A stretch of DNA of 56,749 nucleotides from Pseudomonadota bacterium (lineage in GTDB: Bacteria; Pseudomonadota; Alphaproteobacteria; Kiloniellales; J153), in contig JACZWN010000001.1 of assembly GCA_022572105.1 (NCBI GenBank), positions 1 to 56,749 of the forward strand, given 5' to 3'. Position numbers and translations under genes: made by a program. The number at the start of each line of letters is the position of its first letter. Within the stretch, counting starts at the first letter, position 1. Below the pieces are notes generated by a model that was not told the DNA's origin, ran no database searches, and saw nothing but the letters and a program-made list of their open reading frames with translations. Shown piece after piece: positions 27,766 to 41,940 of this stretch.

Positions 27766-27882
27766 TTTCGCCGGACCGCCCCTCGGCCAAGGAAGTGGGC
27801 CGCGGTCCGAGCCCCCGGGACCGGCCCGCCGCGGGGGGCCGGCCGGGCGCCGCAATCGGCGAAAAAAAGCGCTTTCCCAGGC

Positions 27883-27911
27883 TTGACGGGGGTGCGGCGC
27901 AACAATAGTAT
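27883..27911 (+). promoter_or_regulatory. Sigma70-type promoter candidate for the str operon (rpsL-rpsG-fusA-tuf)
   Basis: TTGACG (27883-27888), a 17-nt spacer, then TAGTAT (27906-27911). It lies about 180 nt upstream of the rpsL ATG, in the rpoC-rpsL spacer. Confidence 0.55.
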
Positions 27912-28090
27912 GCGCGCACTTTTCGGGGGGCTGGTGGTAGACCCGGTGCGGTCTAGACGCAGCCCCGCGCTGCATACGGGAACAAAATTCTGGCGGCTGT
28001 CGCGACGGCCCGTGGACGGCCTGCGGAAGCAAGTGATTCGCTTCTTCGCGGCGTGTTTCATCATAAGCTAGGCGTAAAGAGACCGACCTG

Positions 28091-28462
28091 ATGCCAACGA
28101 TCAACCAGTTGATCCGCAAGCCGCGCAAGCCGCCGGTGACCCGGAACAAGGTGCCCGCGCTCGAAGCCTGCCCGCAGAAGCGGGGGGTCTGCACGCGCGT
28201 CTACACGACCACGCCGAAGAAGCCGAACTCCGCGCTGCGCAAGGTCGCGCGCGTCCGGCTGACCAACGGTTTCGAGGTCACCAGCTACATTCCGGGCGAG
28301 GGCCACAACCTCCAGGAGCACTCGGTGGTCATGATTCGCGGCGGTCGCGTGAAGGACCTGCCCGGCGTGCGCTATCACATCATCCGCGGCACTCTGGATA
28401 CCCAGGGGGTCACGGATCGGCGCCAGCGCCGCTCGAAGTATGGCGCCAAGCGCCCGAAATAA
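28091..28462 (+). CDS. rpsL: 30S ribosomal protein S12
   Basis: 123 aa. [13 protein letters not shown]...[37 protein letters not shown]. Confidence 0.98.
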   Translation: MPTINQLIRKPRKPPVTRNKVPALEACPQKRGVCTRVYTTTPKKPNSALRKVARVRLTNGFEVTSYIPGEGHNLQEHSVVMIRGGRVKDLPGVRYHIIRGTLDTQGVTDRRQRRSKYGAKRPK

Positions 28463-28479
28463 GGTTTGAGGAGCCGAGC

Positions 28480-28950
28480 ATGTCGCGCCGTCGCCGCGCC
28501 GAGAAACGAGAGATTTTGCCGGATCCCAAGTTCGGCGACGTGATTCTCAGCAAGTTCATGAACGTGTTGATGTACTCGGGCATGAAGTCGGTTGCCGAGG
28601 GCATCGTCTACGGTGCCTTCGACCGGATTCAGCAGCGCTCGAGCCAGGACCCGGTGCGCGTGTTCCACGAGGCGCTCACCAACGTCAAGCCGGATATCGA
28701 GGTGCGCTCGCGCCGGGTCGGCGGGGCCACCTACCAGATCCCGATCGAGGTGCGGCCCGACCGCAGCCAGGCGCTCGCCATCCGCTGGCTGATCCGCGCC
28801 TCACGCGCGCGCTCCGAGTTCACCATGACCGAACGCTTGGCCAACGAGCTGCTCGACGCGGCCAACAACCGCGGCGCCGCGGTCAAGAAGCGCGAGGATG
28901 CGCACCGCATGGCCGAGGCCAACCGGGCCTTCTCGCACTATCGCTGGTAA
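28480..28950 (+). CDS. rpsG: 30S ribosomal protein S7
   Basis: 156 aa. [20 protein letters not shown]...[19 protein letters not shown]. Confidence 0.98.
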   Translation: MSRRRRAEKREILPDPKFGDVILSKFMNVLMYSGMKSVAEGIVYGAFDRIQQRSSQDPVRVFHEALTNVKPDIEVRSRRVGGATYQIPIEVRPDRSQALAIRWLIRASRARSEFTMTERLANELLDAANNRGAAVKKREDAHRMAEANRAFSHYRW

Positions 28951-28974
28951 GCCGGAATCCGAGAGACCGCCGTC

Positions 28975-31050
<2,076 letters not shown>

Positions 31051-31099
31051 TCGGCGCGGGCGCGATCGTGACAGCTCAAGTGACGGAGACCTAGGAGCG

Positions 31100-32309
<1,210 letters not shown>

Positions 32310-32337
32310 TCACCTGAAGCGCCCGATTGGATTGATC

Positions 32338-32652
32338 ATGGATAACCAGAACATACGCATTCGCCTCAAGGCGTTCGATCACCGGGTGCTCGACCAGTCG
32401 ACCGCGGAGATCGTCAGCACGGCCAAGCGCACCGGCGCGCAGGTGCGCGGACCGATACCCCTGCCGACCCGGATCGAGAAGTTCACGGTGCTGCGCGGAC
32501 CCCACATCGACAAGAAGTCGCGCGAGCAGTTCGAAATCCGCACCCACAAGCGGCTGCTCGACATCGTCGATCCGACCCCGCAGACGGTCGATGCCTTGAT
32601 GAAGCTCGACCTGGCCGCGGGCGTCGACGTCGAGATCAAGCTCAAGGGCTAG
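32338..32652 (+). CDS. rpsJ: 30S ribosomal protein S10
   Basis: [21 protein letters not shown].... I prefer the ATG at 32338 to the TTG at 32332 used by the ORF track. Confidence 0.95.
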   Translation: MDNQNIRIRLKAFDHRVLDQSTAEIVSTAKRTGAQVRGPIPLPTRIEKFTVLRGPHIDKKSREQFEIRTHKRLLDIVDPTPQTVDALMKLDLAAGVDVEIKLKG

Positions 32653-32656
32653 GACC

Positions 32657-33454
32657 ATGCGCACCGGCATACTCGCCCAAAAACTTGGCATGACGCGGAT
32701 CTTCACCGAGGACGGCGAACACGTGCCGGTGACCGTGTTGAAGGTCGAGAACTGCCACGTGGTCGCCGTGCGCCGCCGGGACAGCGACGGCTATGACGCG
32801 GTCCAGATCGGCGGCGGCGTGGCCAAGGTCAAGAACGTGGGCAAGCCCATGCGCGGTCATTTCGCCAAGGCCAAGGTGAAGCCGACCCGCAAGCTGGCGG
32901 AATTCCGGGTCTCGGCGGACGCCCTGCTCGAGGTCGGCCAGGAGCTCTCGCCGGACCACTTCGTGCCGGGCCAATACGTGGACGTGGCCGGCGTCTCGAT
33001 CGGCAAGGGCTTCGCCGGGGTCATGAAACGGCACCACTTCAGCGGCCTTAGGGCGAGCCACGGCGTCTCGGTCTCGCATCGCTCCGGCGGCTCGACCGGC
33101 CAAAGCCAAGATCCGGGCAGGGTCTTCAAGGGCAAGAAGATGGCCGGTCACATGGGCGACCGGCGGGTGACCGTCCAGAACCTGCGCATCGTCTCGACCG
33201 ACCCCGAGGAGGGCCTGATCCTGGTGCGCGGCGCGGTGCCCGGCGCCAAGGGCGGCTGGGTGCGGATCATCGACGCGGTCAAGCACCCCGTGCCCGAGGC
33301 TGCGCCGTTCCCGGCCGGGCTGCGCGCGGCCGGCACCCCGGAATCTGGCGCCGAGGCCGCCGAGGATGCGCCGGCCGAGGAGACGCCGAGCCAGGAGTCT
33401 GGGTCCGAGGCCGAGGTGGCCGGGGACGAGAAGGCTGGGGACGGGAAGGATTGA
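32657..33454 (+). CDS. rplC: 50S ribosomal protein L3 (with acidic C-terminal extension)
   Basis: 265 aa. [28 protein letters not shown]..., [13 protein letters not shown]. The tail is Ala/Glu/Pro-rich (about the last 50 aa). Confidence 0.96.
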   Translation: MRTGILAQKLGMTRIFTEDGEHVPVTVLKVENCHVVAVRRRDSDGYDAVQIGGGVAKVKNVGKPMRGHFAKAKVKPTRKLAEFRVSADALLEVGQELSPDHFVPGQYVDVAGVSIGKGFAGVMKRHHFSGLRASHGVSVSHRSGGSTGQSQDPGRVFKGKKMAGHMGDRRVTVQNLRIVSTDPEEGLILVRGAVPGAKGGWVRIIDAVKHPVPEAAPFPAGLRAAGTPESGAEAAEDAPAEETPSQESGSEAEVAGDEKAGDGKD

Positions 33455-33459
33455 CGGCC

Positions 33460-34080
33460 ATGAAATGTGTGGTCATGACGCTGGATAACAAGAAGGTGGG
33501 CGAGATCGATCTCGACGATGCGATCTTCGGTCTGAGCCCGCGGGCGGACCTTCTGGCGCGTATGGTCAACTGGCAGCTCGCCAAGCGTCGGGCCGGAACC
33601 CATAAGGTCCAGGGACGCAGCGACGTGGCCGGCACGACCCAAAGGATGTATCGGCAGAAGGGCACCGGCCGCGCCCGTCACGGCCCGCCCAAGGTCTCGC
33701 AGTTTCGCAGCGGCGGGCGCGCCTTCGGCCCGGTGCTGCGCGACCACGCGCACAAGCTGACCAAGAAGGTGCGCAAACTGGCGCTCAAGAGCGCGCTCTC
33801 GGCCAAGGCGGCCGACGGCAAGCTGGTGGTGCTCGAGGCGGCCGAGGTCGAGACGCCGAAAACCGGCGAGCTGGCGCGCAAGTTCGGCGCGCTCGGCTGG
33901 TCCTCGGCGCTGGTCATCGGCGGCGCCATGCTCGACGAGAGTTTCGCCCGCGCCGCGCGCAATATACCGAACATCGACGTGCTGCCCGAGCAGGGCGCGA
34001 ACGTCTACGACATTCTGCGCCGCGATACCCTGGTGCTGACCAAGGACGCGGTCGAGGCGTTGGAGGCACGACTGAAATGA
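33460..34080 (+). CDS. rplD: 50S ribosomal protein L4
   Basis: [24 protein letters not shown]..., [11 protein letters not shown] prefer the ATG at 33460 to the TTG at 33451. Confidence 0.95.
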   Translation: MKCVVMTLDNKKVGEIDLDDAIFGLSPRADLLARMVNWQLAKRRAGTHKVQGRSDVAGTTQRMYRQKGTGRARHGPPKVSQFRSGGRAFGPVLRDHAHKLTKKVRKLALKSALSAKAADGKLVVLEAAEVETPKTGELARKFGALGWSSALVIGGAMLDESFARAARNIPNIDVLPEQGANVYDILRRDTLVLTKDAVEALEARLK

Positions 34081-34409
34081 GTGGGCCGCGAGCGCGCAAG
34101 AAGCAAGACGTTACGGTCTCCCGGGAGCGGCTCTACGAGGTGATCCGCCACCCGGTCGTGACCGAAAAGTCGACGCTCGGCTCCGAGCACAATCAGGTCA
34201 CCTTCCGGGTGCCACTCGACGCCAGCAAGCCGGAGATCAAGGCGGCCGTGGAGGGCCTCTTCGCGGTCAAGGTGAAGGCGATCAATACGATGCGCCAGAA
34301 GGGCAAGATCAAGCGCTTCCGCGGCCGCATCGGCAAGCGGGTGGACACCAAGAAGGCCTACGTGACCTTGGAAGAGGGTCACAGCATCGACGTGACCACG
34401 GGGATCTAG
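34077..34409 (+). CDS. rplW: 50S ribosomal protein L23
   Basis: 110 aa. [26 protein letters not shown]. Its ATG overlaps the rplD stop (ATGA). Confidence 0.94.
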   Translation: MSGPRARKKQDVTVSRERLYEVIRHPVVTEKSTLGSEHNQVTFRVPLDASKPEIKAAVEGLFAVKVKAINTMRQKGKIKRFRGRIGKRVDTKKAYVTLEEGHSIDVTTGI

Positions 34410-34413
34410 GGCC

Positions 34414-35244
34414 ATGGCGCTGAAGAAGTTCAATCCGACGACGCCCGGACGCCGCGGCCTGGTGCTGGTTGACCGCGCCGGCCTTTGGAAGGGCAAGCCG
34501 GTCAAGGCCTTGACCGAGGGCCTGAACAAGAAGGGCGGGCGCAACAACACCGGCCGGATCACCGCGCGCCGGCGCGGCGGCGGGCACAAGCGGCTGTACC
34601 GGGTGATCGATTTCAAGCGGCGCAAGTTCGACGTGTCGGCCAAGGTGCTGCGCCTGGAATACGACCCGAACCGGACCGCCTTCATCGCGCTCATCGAATA
34701 CGAGGACGGCGAGCTCGGCTACATTCTGGCGCCGCAGCGCCTCGATGCCGGCGATACGGTCATCGCGGGCGACAAGGTCGACATCAAGCCGGGCAACGCC
34801 ATGCCGCTGGCCTCGATCCCGATCGGCACGATCGTGCACAACGTCGAGATGAAGCCGGGCAAGGGCGGTCAGATCGCGCGCTCGGCGGGAACCTACGTCC
34901 AGTTGGTCGGCCGCGACGCCGGCCACGCGCTGCTGCGGCTCGGCTCGGGCGAGGCGCGCATGGTGCGCGCCGAGTGCATGGCGACGATCGGCGCGGTGTC
35001 CAATTCGGACCAGGGCAACATCAAGCTCGGCAAGGCCGGGCGCAAACGCTGGCTGGGCAAGCGGCCCTCGGTGCGCGGCGTGGCCATGAACCCGGTCGAC
35101 CATCCGCACGGCGGCGGCGAGGGCCGCACCTCGGGGGGCCGCCATCCGGTCACCCCCTGGGGCCGGCCGACCAAGGGCGCGAAGACGCGCCACAACAAGA
35201 GGACGGACCGCCTGATCATGCGCCGCCGTCACAAGAAGCGTTAA
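34414..35244 (+). CDS. rplB: 50S ribosomal protein L2
   Basis: 276 aa. [15 protein letters not shown]..., [36 protein letters not shown]. Confidence 0.98.
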   Translation: MALKKFNPTTPGRRGLVLVDRAGLWKGKPVKALTEGLNKKGGRNNTGRITARRRGGGHKRLYRVIDFKRRKFDVSAKVLRLEYDPNRTAFIALIEYEDGELGYILAPQRLDAGDTVIAGDKVDIKPGNAMPLASIPIGTIVHNVEMKPGKGGQIARSAGTYVQLVGRDAGHALLRLGSGEARMVRAECMATIGAVSNSDQGNIKLGKAGRKRWLGKRPSVRGVAMNPVDHPHGGGEGRTSGGRHPVTPWGRPTKGAKTRHNKRTDRLIMRRRHKKR

Positions 35245-35256
35245 CGGAGGGCTGAC

Positions 35257-35535
35257 GTGGCTCGCTCTGTCTGGAAAGGTCCGTTCGTCGACGGCTATCT
35301 GCTCAAGAAAGCCGAAAAGGCGCGCGCCTCGGGTCGAAACGAGATCATCAAGACCTGGTCGCGGCGCTCGACCATCATGCCGCAGTTCGTCGGCCTCACC
35401 TTCGGCGTGTACAACGGCAGGAAGTTTCTGCCCGTGCTGGTCACCGAGAACATGGTCGGCCACAAGTTCGGCGAGTTCGCGCCGACCCGCACGTTCCACG
35501 GCCATGCGGCCGACAAGCGGGCGAGGAGGGGTTGA
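35257..35535 (+). CDS. rpsS: 30S ribosomal protein S19
   Basis: 92 aa. [18 protein letters not shown]..., [16 protein letters not shown]. Confidence 0.98.
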   Translation: MARSVWKGPFVDGYLLKKAEKARASGRNEIIKTWSRRSTIMPQFVGLTFGVYNGRKFLPVLVTENMVGHKFGEFAPTRTFHGHAADKRARRG

Positions 35536-35541
35536 GGAGCG

Positions 35542-35921
35542 ATGGGTAAGCCGAAGCATAAGCGCCGCCTGCGCGAGGACGAGGCGATAGCGGTGGCCCG
35601 CAATCTGCGTATCAGCCCGCAGAAGCTGAACCTGGTCGCCCAGTCGATCCGCGGCAGGAACGCCGAGGCGGCGCTTTCGGAGCTGACGTTTTCGAAGCGA
35701 CGCATCGCGAGCGACGTGAAGAAAACCCTGCAGTCGGCCATTGCCAATGCGGAAAACAACCATCAGTTGGACGTGGACCGCCTCTACGTGGCCGAGGCGA
35801 CGGTCGGCAAGAGTTTCGTGATGAAGCGCTTTCGGCCCCGGGCGCGCGGCCGCGCCGGGCGAATTATAAAGCCGTTCAGCAATTTGACGGTTGTCGTGCG
35901 CGAACGGGAGGAAACGGCGTA

Positions 35922-35922
<1 letters not shown>
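35542..35922 (+). CDS. rplV: 50S ribosomal protein L22
   Basis: 126 aa. [26 protein letters not shown]..., [23 protein letters not shown]. Confidence 0.97.
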
Positions 35923-36599
<677 letters not shown>

Positions 36600-36631
36600 G
36601 GGCGGCCTGAAAGCGTCGAGGAAGCGAAATC

Positions 36632-37057
36632 ATGTTGCAGCCCAAGCGGACGAAGTACCGCAAAGCCCACAAGGGCCGGATTCACGGCAATGCCAAGGCC
36701 GGGTATTCGCTAAACTTCGGCGCCTACGGCTTGAAGGCGCTCACCCCGGGCCGCGTCTCGGCGCGCCAGATCGAGGCTGCGCGCCGGACCATCACGCGCC
36801 ACATGAAGCGCGTCGGCAAGCTCTGGATCCGGGTCTTCCCGGACGTGCCCGTGTCCCAGAAGCCCGCCGAGGTGCGCCAGGGCAAGGGCAAGGGCTCGCC
36901 CGAGTGGTGGGCGGTGCGGATCAAGCCCGGCCGGATCATGTTCGAGCTCGACGGCGTATCGCGCGATCTGGCGCGTGAGGCCTTCGTGCTCGCCGCGGCC
37001 AAGCTGCCGGTGAGGACCAAGTTCATCTACCGCCTGGGCGAGGAGGATAGGCCGTGA
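36632..37057 (+). CDS. rplP: 50S ribosomal protein L16
   Basis: 141 aa. [19 protein letters not shown]..., RMGKGKG-like [24 protein letters not shown]. Confidence 0.98.
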   Translation: MLQPKRTKYRKAHKGRIHGNAKAGYSLNFGAYGLKALTPGRVSARQIEAARRTITRHMKRVGKLWIRVFPDVPVSQKPAEVRQGKGKGSPEWWAVRIKPGRIMFELDGVSRDLAREAFVLAAAKLPVRTKFIYRLGEEDRP

Positions 37058-37251
37058 AAGCCTCGGATCTCAGGACCAAGACGGTAGACGAGTTGACGGA
37101 CTCGCTCATGAACCTGCGCAAGGAACGGTTTAACCTGCGCTTTCAGAAGGCCAGCGGACAGCTGGAGAACACCGCGCGCGCGCGCCAAGTGCGCCGCGAT
37201 ATCGCGCGCGTCAAGACGATCCTGCACGATATGAAACAGGCCGCTTCCTAG
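37054..37251 (+). CDS. rpmC: 50S ribosomal protein L29
   Basis: 65 aa with a GTG start overlapping the rplP stop. [40 protein letters not shown]. Confidence 0.95.
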   Translation: MKASDLRTKTVDELTDSLMNLRKERFNLRFQKASGQLENTARARQVRRDIARVKTILHDMKQAAS

Positions 37252-37265
37252 GAGAATTGACAGCT

Positions 37266-37511
37266 ATGCCGCGACGAGTGTTGAAAGGAGTGGTGGTCAG
37301 CGACAAGGCCGACAAGACGGTCACCGTTCTTGTCAAACGCCGGGTCATGCATCCGCTCTACAAAAAGATCATCAGACGTTCGAAGAAGTATCGCGCGCAT
37401 GACGAGGACAACCGCTGCAAGGTCGGCGACTCGGTCCAAATCCAGGAATGCCGCCCGATCGCCAAGTCGAAATCCTGGCGAGTGATCGACGCGGACGCGG
37501 CGTCGGCCTAG
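37266..37511 (+). CDS. rpsQ: 30S ribosomal protein S17
   Basis: [34 protein letters not shown]. The ATG at 37266 is preceded by AGGAGA; the ORF-track TTG start at 37257 is less likely. Confidence 0.95.
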   Translation: MPRRVLKGVVVSDKADKTVTVLVKRRVMHPLYKKIIRRSKKYRAHDEDNRCKVGDSVQIQECRPIAKSKSWRVIDADAASA

Positions 37512-37532
37512 GGTAAAAGAGGAACCGAGACC

Positions 37533-37900
<368 letters not shown>

Positions 37901-37901
<1 letters not shown>

Positions 37902-38254
37902 TGGCCCGGAAACTGAAGACCAAGAAACTCAAGACCAAGAAGCTCAAGATCAAGAAGGGCGACAAGGTGACCGTCATCACCGGGCGCGACAAGGGCAAGA
38001 CCGGCGAAATCATGCGTGTCGATCCGAAGAAGGACCGCGTGTTCGTTCAGGGCGTCAACATGGTCAAGCGTCACCAGTCGGCGACCCCGACCGATCCGGG
38101 CGGCATCGTCGAGAAGGAGGCGTCGCTGCACGTCTCGAACGTCGCCCATATCGACCCCAAGACCGACCGGCCGACCCGCGTCGGACTGCGCGAAGACGCC
38201 GGCGGCCGCAAGGTGCGCTACGCCAGGCGCTCCGGTGAGACGATCGATCTTTAG
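37901..38254 (+). CDS. rplX: 50S ribosomal protein L24 (with lysine-rich N-terminal repeat insertion)
   Basis: 117 aa: [40 protein letters not shown]... with a KOW motif. The ATG overlaps the rplN TGA (TGATG). In the ORF track it sits inside the longer 37592..38254 frame. Confidence 0.93.
37910..37954 (+). repeat. 15-nt unit x3 tandem repeat at the 5' end of rplX
   Basis: AAACTGAAGACCAAG / AAACTCAAGACCAAG / AAGCTCAAGATCAAG, encoding [15 protein letters not shown]. Confidence 0.85.
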
Positions 38255-38273
38255 TTTGGGCGAGGCTGAACCC

Positions 38274-38849
38274 ATGACCCCGCGTTTGAAAGAGTATTAC
38301 CACAAGACGCTGAAGCCCGAGCTCGTGAAACAGTTCGGTTACGCCAACACCATGGAGGTGCCGCGCCTCGACAAAATCGTGCTCAACATGGGGGTGGGCG
38401 AGGGCGTGCAGGACCAGAAGAAGGTGCATTCGGCGGCCGAGGAGCTCGGCCTGATCGCCGGTCAGAGGCCGGTCATCACCCGGGCCAAGAAGTCGATCGC
38501 CGCCTTCAAGCTGCGCGAAGGCATGCCGGTGGGCTGCAAGGTGACCTTGCGCCACAATCGCATGTACGAGTTCCTCGACCGGCTGGTCACCGTGGCCTTG
38601 CCGCGGGTGCGCGATTTCCGCGGGATTTCGCCGGACAGCTTCGACGGGCGCGGCAACCTCGCGTTGGGCCTCAAGGAGCAAATCGTGTTTCCGGAAATCG
38701 ATTACGACCAGGTGGGCGAGATCCGCGGCCTAAACATCGTGATCTGCACCACCGCCAAAAGCGACGATGAGGCCCGCGCCCTGCTCAAGGGCTTCGATGT
38801 GCCGTTCACCGGCTGGGCGGCGAAAAAAGGATTGGATGAACATGGCTAA
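38274..38849 (+). CDS. rplE: 50S ribosomal protein L5
   Basis: 191 aa from [43 protein letters not shown]. The 3' end overlaps the rpsN start by 8 nt. Confidence 0.95.
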   Translation: MTPRLKEYYHKTLKPELVKQFGYANTMEVPRLDKIVLNMGVGEGVQDQKKVHSAAEELGLIAGQRPVITRAKKSIAAFKLREGMPVGCKVTLRHNRMYEFLDRLVTVALPRVRDFRGISPDSFDGRGNLALGLKEQIVFPEIDYDQVGEIRGLNIVICTTAKSDDEARALLKGFDVPFTGWAAKKGLDEHG

Positions 38850-39147
38850 GAAAAGCGCCGTTGAAAAGAACGAGAAGCGCAAGAGGTTGGTGCAGCGCTA
38901 CGCCGCCAAGCGCGACCGGCTGAGGACGATCGCGCGCGATCGCTCGCTGCCGCCGGAGGAGCGTTTTCAGGCCTACCTCAAGCTGGCGGCGATGCCGCGC
39001 AACGGGGCGGCCGTGCGGGTCCGAAACCGCTGCAAGGTGAGCGGCCGGCCGCGCGGAAACTACCGGAAGTTCAAGATCTCGCGCATCGCTCTGCGCGATC
39101 TGGCGTCGATCGGCCAGATTCCGGGCATGGTCAAGTCGAGCTGGTAG
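38842..39147 (+). CDS. rpsN: 30S ribosomal protein S14
   Basis: 101 aa. [27 protein letters not shown]..., [41 protein letters not shown]. Confidence 0.96.
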   Translation: MAKKSAVEKNEKRKRLVQRYAAKRDRLRTIARDRSLPPEERFQAYLKLAAMPRNGAAVRVRNRCKVSGRPRGNYRKFKISRIALRDLASIGQIPGMVKSSW

Positions 39148-39165
39148 GGAGGTAGAAGGCGCGCG

Positions 39166-39564
39166 ATGGCGATGAGCGATCCTTTGGGGGACATGCTGAC
39201 CCGCATCCGCAACGGCCAGCGGGTCGGCAAGTCCAAGGTCAATGCGCCGGCCTCGATGTTGCGCTCGAACGTGCTCGAGGTCCTCAAGCGCGAAGGGTAC
39301 ATCCGCGGTTTCCGGAGGCACGAGCAGCGCCCCGGCATCGCCGAGCTGGAGATCGAGCTCAAGTATCACGATGGCAATCCGGTCATTCAGGAGATCTCGC
39401 GGATCTCCAGGCCGGGCCAACGCGTGTACTCCAAGATCAGGGAACTGCCTTTGTATTACAACGGATTAGGCATAACGATCCTGTCCACGCCCCGGGGCGT
39501 GATGTCGGATCAGGAAGCGCGCGCGGCCAATGTCGGCGGCGAAGTGCTGTGCCGGGTGTTCTAA
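39166..39564 (+). CDS. rpsH: 30S ribosomal protein S8
   Basis: 132 aa. MAMSDPLGDMLTRIRNGQRVGKSKV..., GGEVLCRVF. Confidence 0.97.
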   Translation: MAMSDPLGDMLTRIRNGQRVGKSKVNAPASMLRSNVLEVLKREGYIRGFRRHEQRPGIAELEIELKYHDGNPVIQEISRISRPGQRVYSKIRELPLYYNGLGITILSTPRGVMSDQEARAANVGGEVLCRVF

Positions 39565-39575
39565 AGGGCGAAGCG

Positions 39576-40109
39576 ATGTCTCGCGTTGGAAAGCATCCCG
39601 TCGAATTGCCGAGCGGCGTCGAGGTCGTCCTCGACGGCAAGACCGTGACGGCGAAGGGCAAGCTGGGTCAGCTCGCCTATCAGGCGACCGACGACGTGAT
39701 CGTCGCGCTCGACGACGGCAAGGTCGTGGTCAAACCGGTCGACCAATCGAAGCGCTCGCGGGCCATGTGGGGCACCGCGCGCTCGCGCATCCAGGCTATG
39801 GTGACCGGCGTTTCGGAGGGGTTCACCAAGCAGTTGGAAATCAACGGAGTCGGCTATCGGGCCGCGATCCAGGGCAGCACCTTGACCTTGCAGCTCGGCT
39901 ACAGTCACGACATCAGCTTTCCGATTCCCGAGGCCATCACGATCAAGTGCGAGAAACCGACGAGCATCACCGTCTCGGGCGCCGACAAGCAGCAGGTCGG
40001 CCAGGTGGCGGCCGAGATCCGCGCGTTCCGCAAGCCGGAGCCGTACAAGGGCAAGGGCATCAAGTACGTGGACGAGATAATTCTGCGCAAGGAAGGCAAG
40101 AAGAAGTAA
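39576..40109 (+). CDS. rplF: 50S ribosomal protein L6
   Basis: 177 aa from [31 protein letters not shown]. The ORF-track start at 39549 would overlap the rpsH end and is less likely. Confidence 0.95.
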   Translation: MSRVGKHPVELPSGVEVVLDGKTVTAKGKLGQLAYQATDDVIVALDDGKVVVKPVDQSKRSRAMWGTARSRIQAMVTGVSEGFTKQLEINGVGYRAAIQGSTLTLQLGYSHDISFPIPEAITIKCEKPTSITVSGADKQQVGQVAAEIRAFRKPEPYKGKGIKYVDEIILRKEGKKK

Positions 40110-40113
40110 AGCC

Positions 40114-40476
40114 ATGCTGACCGTGAAGGAAATGCACGTGCGCCGCACGCGCAGGGTTCGCACCGGTATCCGGCGCAAGAGCAAGGGCCGCCCGCGCCTG
40201 TCCGTGTTCCGCTCGATCAAGCACATCTATGCCCAGGTCATCGACGACGAACAGGGGCGCACCCTGGCCGCGGCCTCGAGCGTCGACAAGGCGTTCGAGG
40301 GCAAGCTGGCGAAAGGCACCGACCGGGCAGCGGCGACCGCGGTCGGCAAGTTGATCGCCGAACGGGCCGCGGCCGCCGGCGTCAAGGAGGTGGTCTTCGA
40401 CCGCGGCGGCTATCTGTATCACGGCCGGGTCAAGGCCCTGGCGGAGGCCGCGCGCGAGGGCGGCCTGTCGTTCTGA
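40114..40476 (+). CDS. rplR: 50S ribosomal protein L18
   Basis: 120 aa. [29 protein letters not shown]..., [28 protein letters not shown]. Confidence 0.97.
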   Translation: MLTVKEMHVRRTRRVRTGIRRKSKGRPRLSVFRSIKHIYAQVIDDEQGRTLAAASSVDKAFEGKLAKGTDRAAATAVGKLIAERAAAAGVKEVVFDRGGYLYHGRVKALAEAAREGGLSF

Positions 40477-40487
40477 GGGAATAATAC

Positions 40488-41135
40488 ATGGCACAAGTCA
40501 GAAGAGACGGACCCCCAAGAGGCGGCCCCGGTCGAGGCGGCCCCGGACGGGGCGGTCCCGGACGAGGCGGCCCCGGACGGGGCGGTCGACGAGGGCGCGA
40601 CGATCGCGGCTCGCGCGAAGAGGCCGACCTGATCGAAAAGCTGGTCGGGATCAACCGCGTCGCCAAGGTGGTCAAGGGCGGACGGCGCTTCGGGTTCGCC
40701 GCGCTGGTCGTCGTCGGCGACGGCCGCGGCCGGGTCGGATACGGTCACGGCAAGGCGCGCGAGGTGCCCGAGGCGATCCGCAAGGCGACCGAGCAGGCCA
40801 AGCGCGACATGATCCGCGTGCCCCTGCGCGAGGGGCGCACGCTGCATCACGACATCAAGGGCCGCTTCGGCGCCGGCCGCGTCATGCTGCGCCCGGCCGC
40901 GAAGGGCACGGGCATCATCGCCGGCGGGCCCATGCGCGCGATCTTCGAGGCGCTCGGCATCCAGGACGTGGTCGCCAAATCGCTCGGCACGTCGAACCCC
41001 TACAACATGATCAAGGCCACCTTCGAGGGCCTGACGCGTAGCGCCAGCCCGCGCATGGTGGCCCAGCGGCGCGGCAAAAAGGTCACCGACCTGCTCGGCG
41101 ACCGGCGCGCGGCCAGCGCGGAGGCACAGGAGTAA
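40488..41135 (+). CDS. rpsE: 30S ribosomal protein S5 (with Gly/Arg/Pro repeat N-terminal extension)
   Basis: 215 aa. The N-terminus is [45 protein letters not shown], followed by the canonical [49 protein letters not shown]. Confidence 0.96.
   Translation: MAQVRRDGPPRGGPGRGGPGRGGPGRGGPGRGGRRGRDDRGSREEADLIEKLVGINRVAKVVKGGRRFGFAALVVVGDGRGRVGYGHGKAREVPEAIRKATEQAKRDMIRVPLREGRTLHHDIKGRFGAGRVMLRPAAKGTGIIAGGPMRAIFEALGIQDVVAKSLGTSNPYNMIKATFEGLTRSASPRMVAQRRGKKVTDLLGDRRAASAEAQE
40519..40593 (+). repeat. 15-nt unit x5 tandem repeat within the rpsE 5' region
   Basis: GAGGCGGCCCCGGTC / GAGGCGGCCCCGGAC / GGGGCGGTCCCGGAC / GAGGCGGCCCCGGAC / GGGGCGGTCGACGAG. Units 2+3 and 4+5 form a 30-nt higher-order duplicate. 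Confidence 0.9.
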
Positions 41136-41141
41136 TCCGTC

Positions 41142-41336
41142 ATGAATGCCGAGCGCAAGACCGTCACCGTGACCCAAATTGCCAGCCCGATCGGCCGCCC
41201 CAAGGACCAGCGGGCGACGCTGATCGGGCTTGGACTGAACAAGATCGACCGGACCCGGGAACTCGAGGATACCCCCGCGGTGCGCGGCATGATCGGAAAG
41301 GTGAGCCACCTGGTGCGGGTCGAGGGCGAGTCCTGA
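41142..41336 (+). CDS. rpmD: 50S ribosomal protein L30
   Basis: 64 aa. [53 protein letters not shown]. Confidence 0.96.
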   Translation: MNAERKTVTVTQIASPIGRPKDQRATLIGLGLNKIDRTRELEDTPAVRGMIGKVSHLVRVEGES

Positions 41337-41391
41337 CCCGCCGATCACGGGCCGGCCCGATGCAAGCGGCGGCCAACGGGAACCAAAGCGC

Positions 41392-41907
41392 ATGAAACTG
41401 AATCGACTGTCCGACAACCCCAAGGCGCGCAAGAATCGCAGGCGCGTCGGCCGCGGCAACGGCTCGGGCCGGGGCAAGACCTGCGGGCGTGGCCACAAGG
41501 GCCAGAATTCGCGCAGCGGCGTGGCGCTGAAGGGCTTCGAGGGTGGCCAGATGCCGCTCAACCGGCGGCTGCCCAAGCGCGGCTTCAAGAACATCTTCGG
41601 CAAGGACTACGTGACCGTCAATCTCGGCCGGCTGCAGATCGCGATCGACGCCGGCAAGCTGGACCCGAAGAAGCCGGTCGACCCGGCCGCGCTCACCGCC
41701 GCCGGCGTGATCACCAGACCGCGCGACGGCGTGCGCCTGCTTGCAAAAGGCGAGTTGAAGACCAAATTGAACATCACGGTGGCGGGCGCGTCCAAGGCGG
41801 CCGTGGCGGCCGTCGAGAAGGCCGGTGGCAGCCTGAAGGTCGCCGCCGCCAAGGCCGTGCCTGCCGGGACGGTCTCCAAGGTTGCGCCCGCCGAGACGCC
41901 CGCCTGA
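41392..41907 (+). CDS. rplO: 50S ribosomal protein L15
   Basis: 171 aa. [43 protein letters not shown]...[17 protein letters not shown]. Confidence 0.97.
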   Translation: MKLNRLSDNPKARKNRRRVGRGNGSGRGKTCGRGHKGQNSRSGVALKGFEGGQMPLNRRLPKRGFKNIFGKDYVTVNLGRLQIAIDAGKLDPKKPVDPAALTAAGVITRPRDGVRLLAKGELKTKLNITVAGASKAAVAAVEKAGGSLKVAAAKAVPAGTVSKVAPAETPA

Positions 41908-41940
41908 CGGCCCGGAGGCGGGCTGAACGAGGACGAATAG

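Noticed and set aside
27770-27870. GC-rich stem-loops after rpoC (CGGACCGC...GCGGTCCG, CCGGCCC...GGGCCGG, CGCCG-CAAT-CGGCG followed by A7) as an intrinsic terminator
   Set aside because: None is followed by a T-run on the + strand. The A-run would only give a U-tract preceding the hairpin on the opposite strand. The function is undetermined.
40519-40593. Regular 15-nt repeats considered as a possible CRISPR-like or minisatellite array
   Set aside because: There are no spacers. The units are contiguous, in frame and inside rpsE. No CRISPR array or cas gene exists anywhere in the window.
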